Notes under the pieces: generated by a model
Told to the model about the DNA's origin: nothing
The model's input: the letters and a program-made list of their open reading frames with translations, nothing else
Databases searched by the model: none
Shown here: positions 63,494-64,000 of the stretch, piece by piece
Layout: each line of letters starts with the position of its first letter
How positions within the stretch are numbered: the stretch's first letter is position 1
Translations under genes and position numbers: made by a program
DNA from: Amphiscolops sp. MND2022
Taxonomy: Eukaryota
NCBI GenBank assembly: GCA_964187785.1
Contig: OZ076409.1
Span: 95,172,001 to 95,236,000 of the forward strand
Reading direction: 5' to 3'
Length of the DNA stretch: 64,000 nt

Positions 63494-64000
63494 TTTCAAA
63501 GTTAAGATATCAGAGTCTTTGGCAAGAATTAAATTCTTTAAAGAAATTTTGGGTTTTCGTAATTTCAACGAGCAACAAAATTTTGAAACAAATTCAAGTT
63601 CGACTAAAAATACATGTCCTCTCTACATATTTATACCTTCTTAGCATCATTTGTTCCTCACCTAAAAATTCCTAGGAATCCTAAAAATCGGGTTTGTTCA
63701 ACAAAATTCGCCGATGATTCAAATTATTTCAGTCTGGCGTCATAAATTCAGGTATCGGAATTCCTAGTTGCGTCAACATTCCGTGAGACTTTGTTGAAAT
63801 CATTTTTGTTCAGATAATTCATTTCCTGTTTGGTCTTCAGAACCGCGGTAAAATAGAAATCTAACTGACATTTTCATCGACGCAAGCACGCCGGCGTGAA
63901 CTATTAGTCAATATTCAACTCAAGGAGTTGGAATTTTGAGGAAAAAGATGATGTTCAAAAAGGGCGACGGAAACGATACGTCGCTGAAAATTCGCCGTTG
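63115..64000 (-). repeat. 5' LTR (partial)
   Basis: Direct repeat of 48944-49829; continues past the window end. Confidence 0.92.

Larger units (their letters stand above)
48944..64000 (-). mobile_element. Large Gypsy/Ty3 LTR retrotransposon (>15 kb) with two extra genes; 5' LTR runs off the window
   Basis: Direct repeat 48944-49829 = 63115-64000 ending ...CGTAACA on the minus strand; adjacent PBS; gag with two CCHC knuckles; pol in PR-RT-RH-IN order. Confidence 0.96.

Noticed and set aside
57063..63675. Short plus-strand and alternate-frame ORFs over gag-pol
   Set aside because: Shadows of the long coding frames with no motifs.

Overview
AT-rich, repeat-dense eukaryotic (metazoan-type) DNA with one assembly gap (30035-30234). 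It holds two spliced host genes that the ORF track only shows as fragments. The first is a selenoprotein M-like gene (minus strand, 4 coding exons, in-frame UGA in a CxxU motif, SECIS in the 3' UTR, C-terminal RNEL); its last intron holds a ~4.4 kb 62-bp satellite. The second is a DNAJB6-like co-chaperone (plus strand, 4 coding exons). The rest is mobile DNA: a tandemly duplicated, decayed Polinton/adintovirus-type pPolB segment (1-8830), many non-autonomous TIR elements with 8- or 9-bp target duplications, Helentron-like elements, tRNA-derived SINE heads, and LINE and Penelope remnants. A young Gypsy-type LTR retrotransposon of more than 15 kb occupies 48944 to beyond the window end on the minus strand and is the most unusual object here. 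Between pol and its 3' end it carries an antisense, 8-exon gene of about 1040 codons with a zinc finger and features recalling an inactivated hAT transposase, plus a divergently oriented 287-aa ORF with SIM-like, NLS-like and RG motifs. Its gag also begins inside the LTR and reads through the primer-binding site. All family assignments come from motif recognition by eye; no searches were run.
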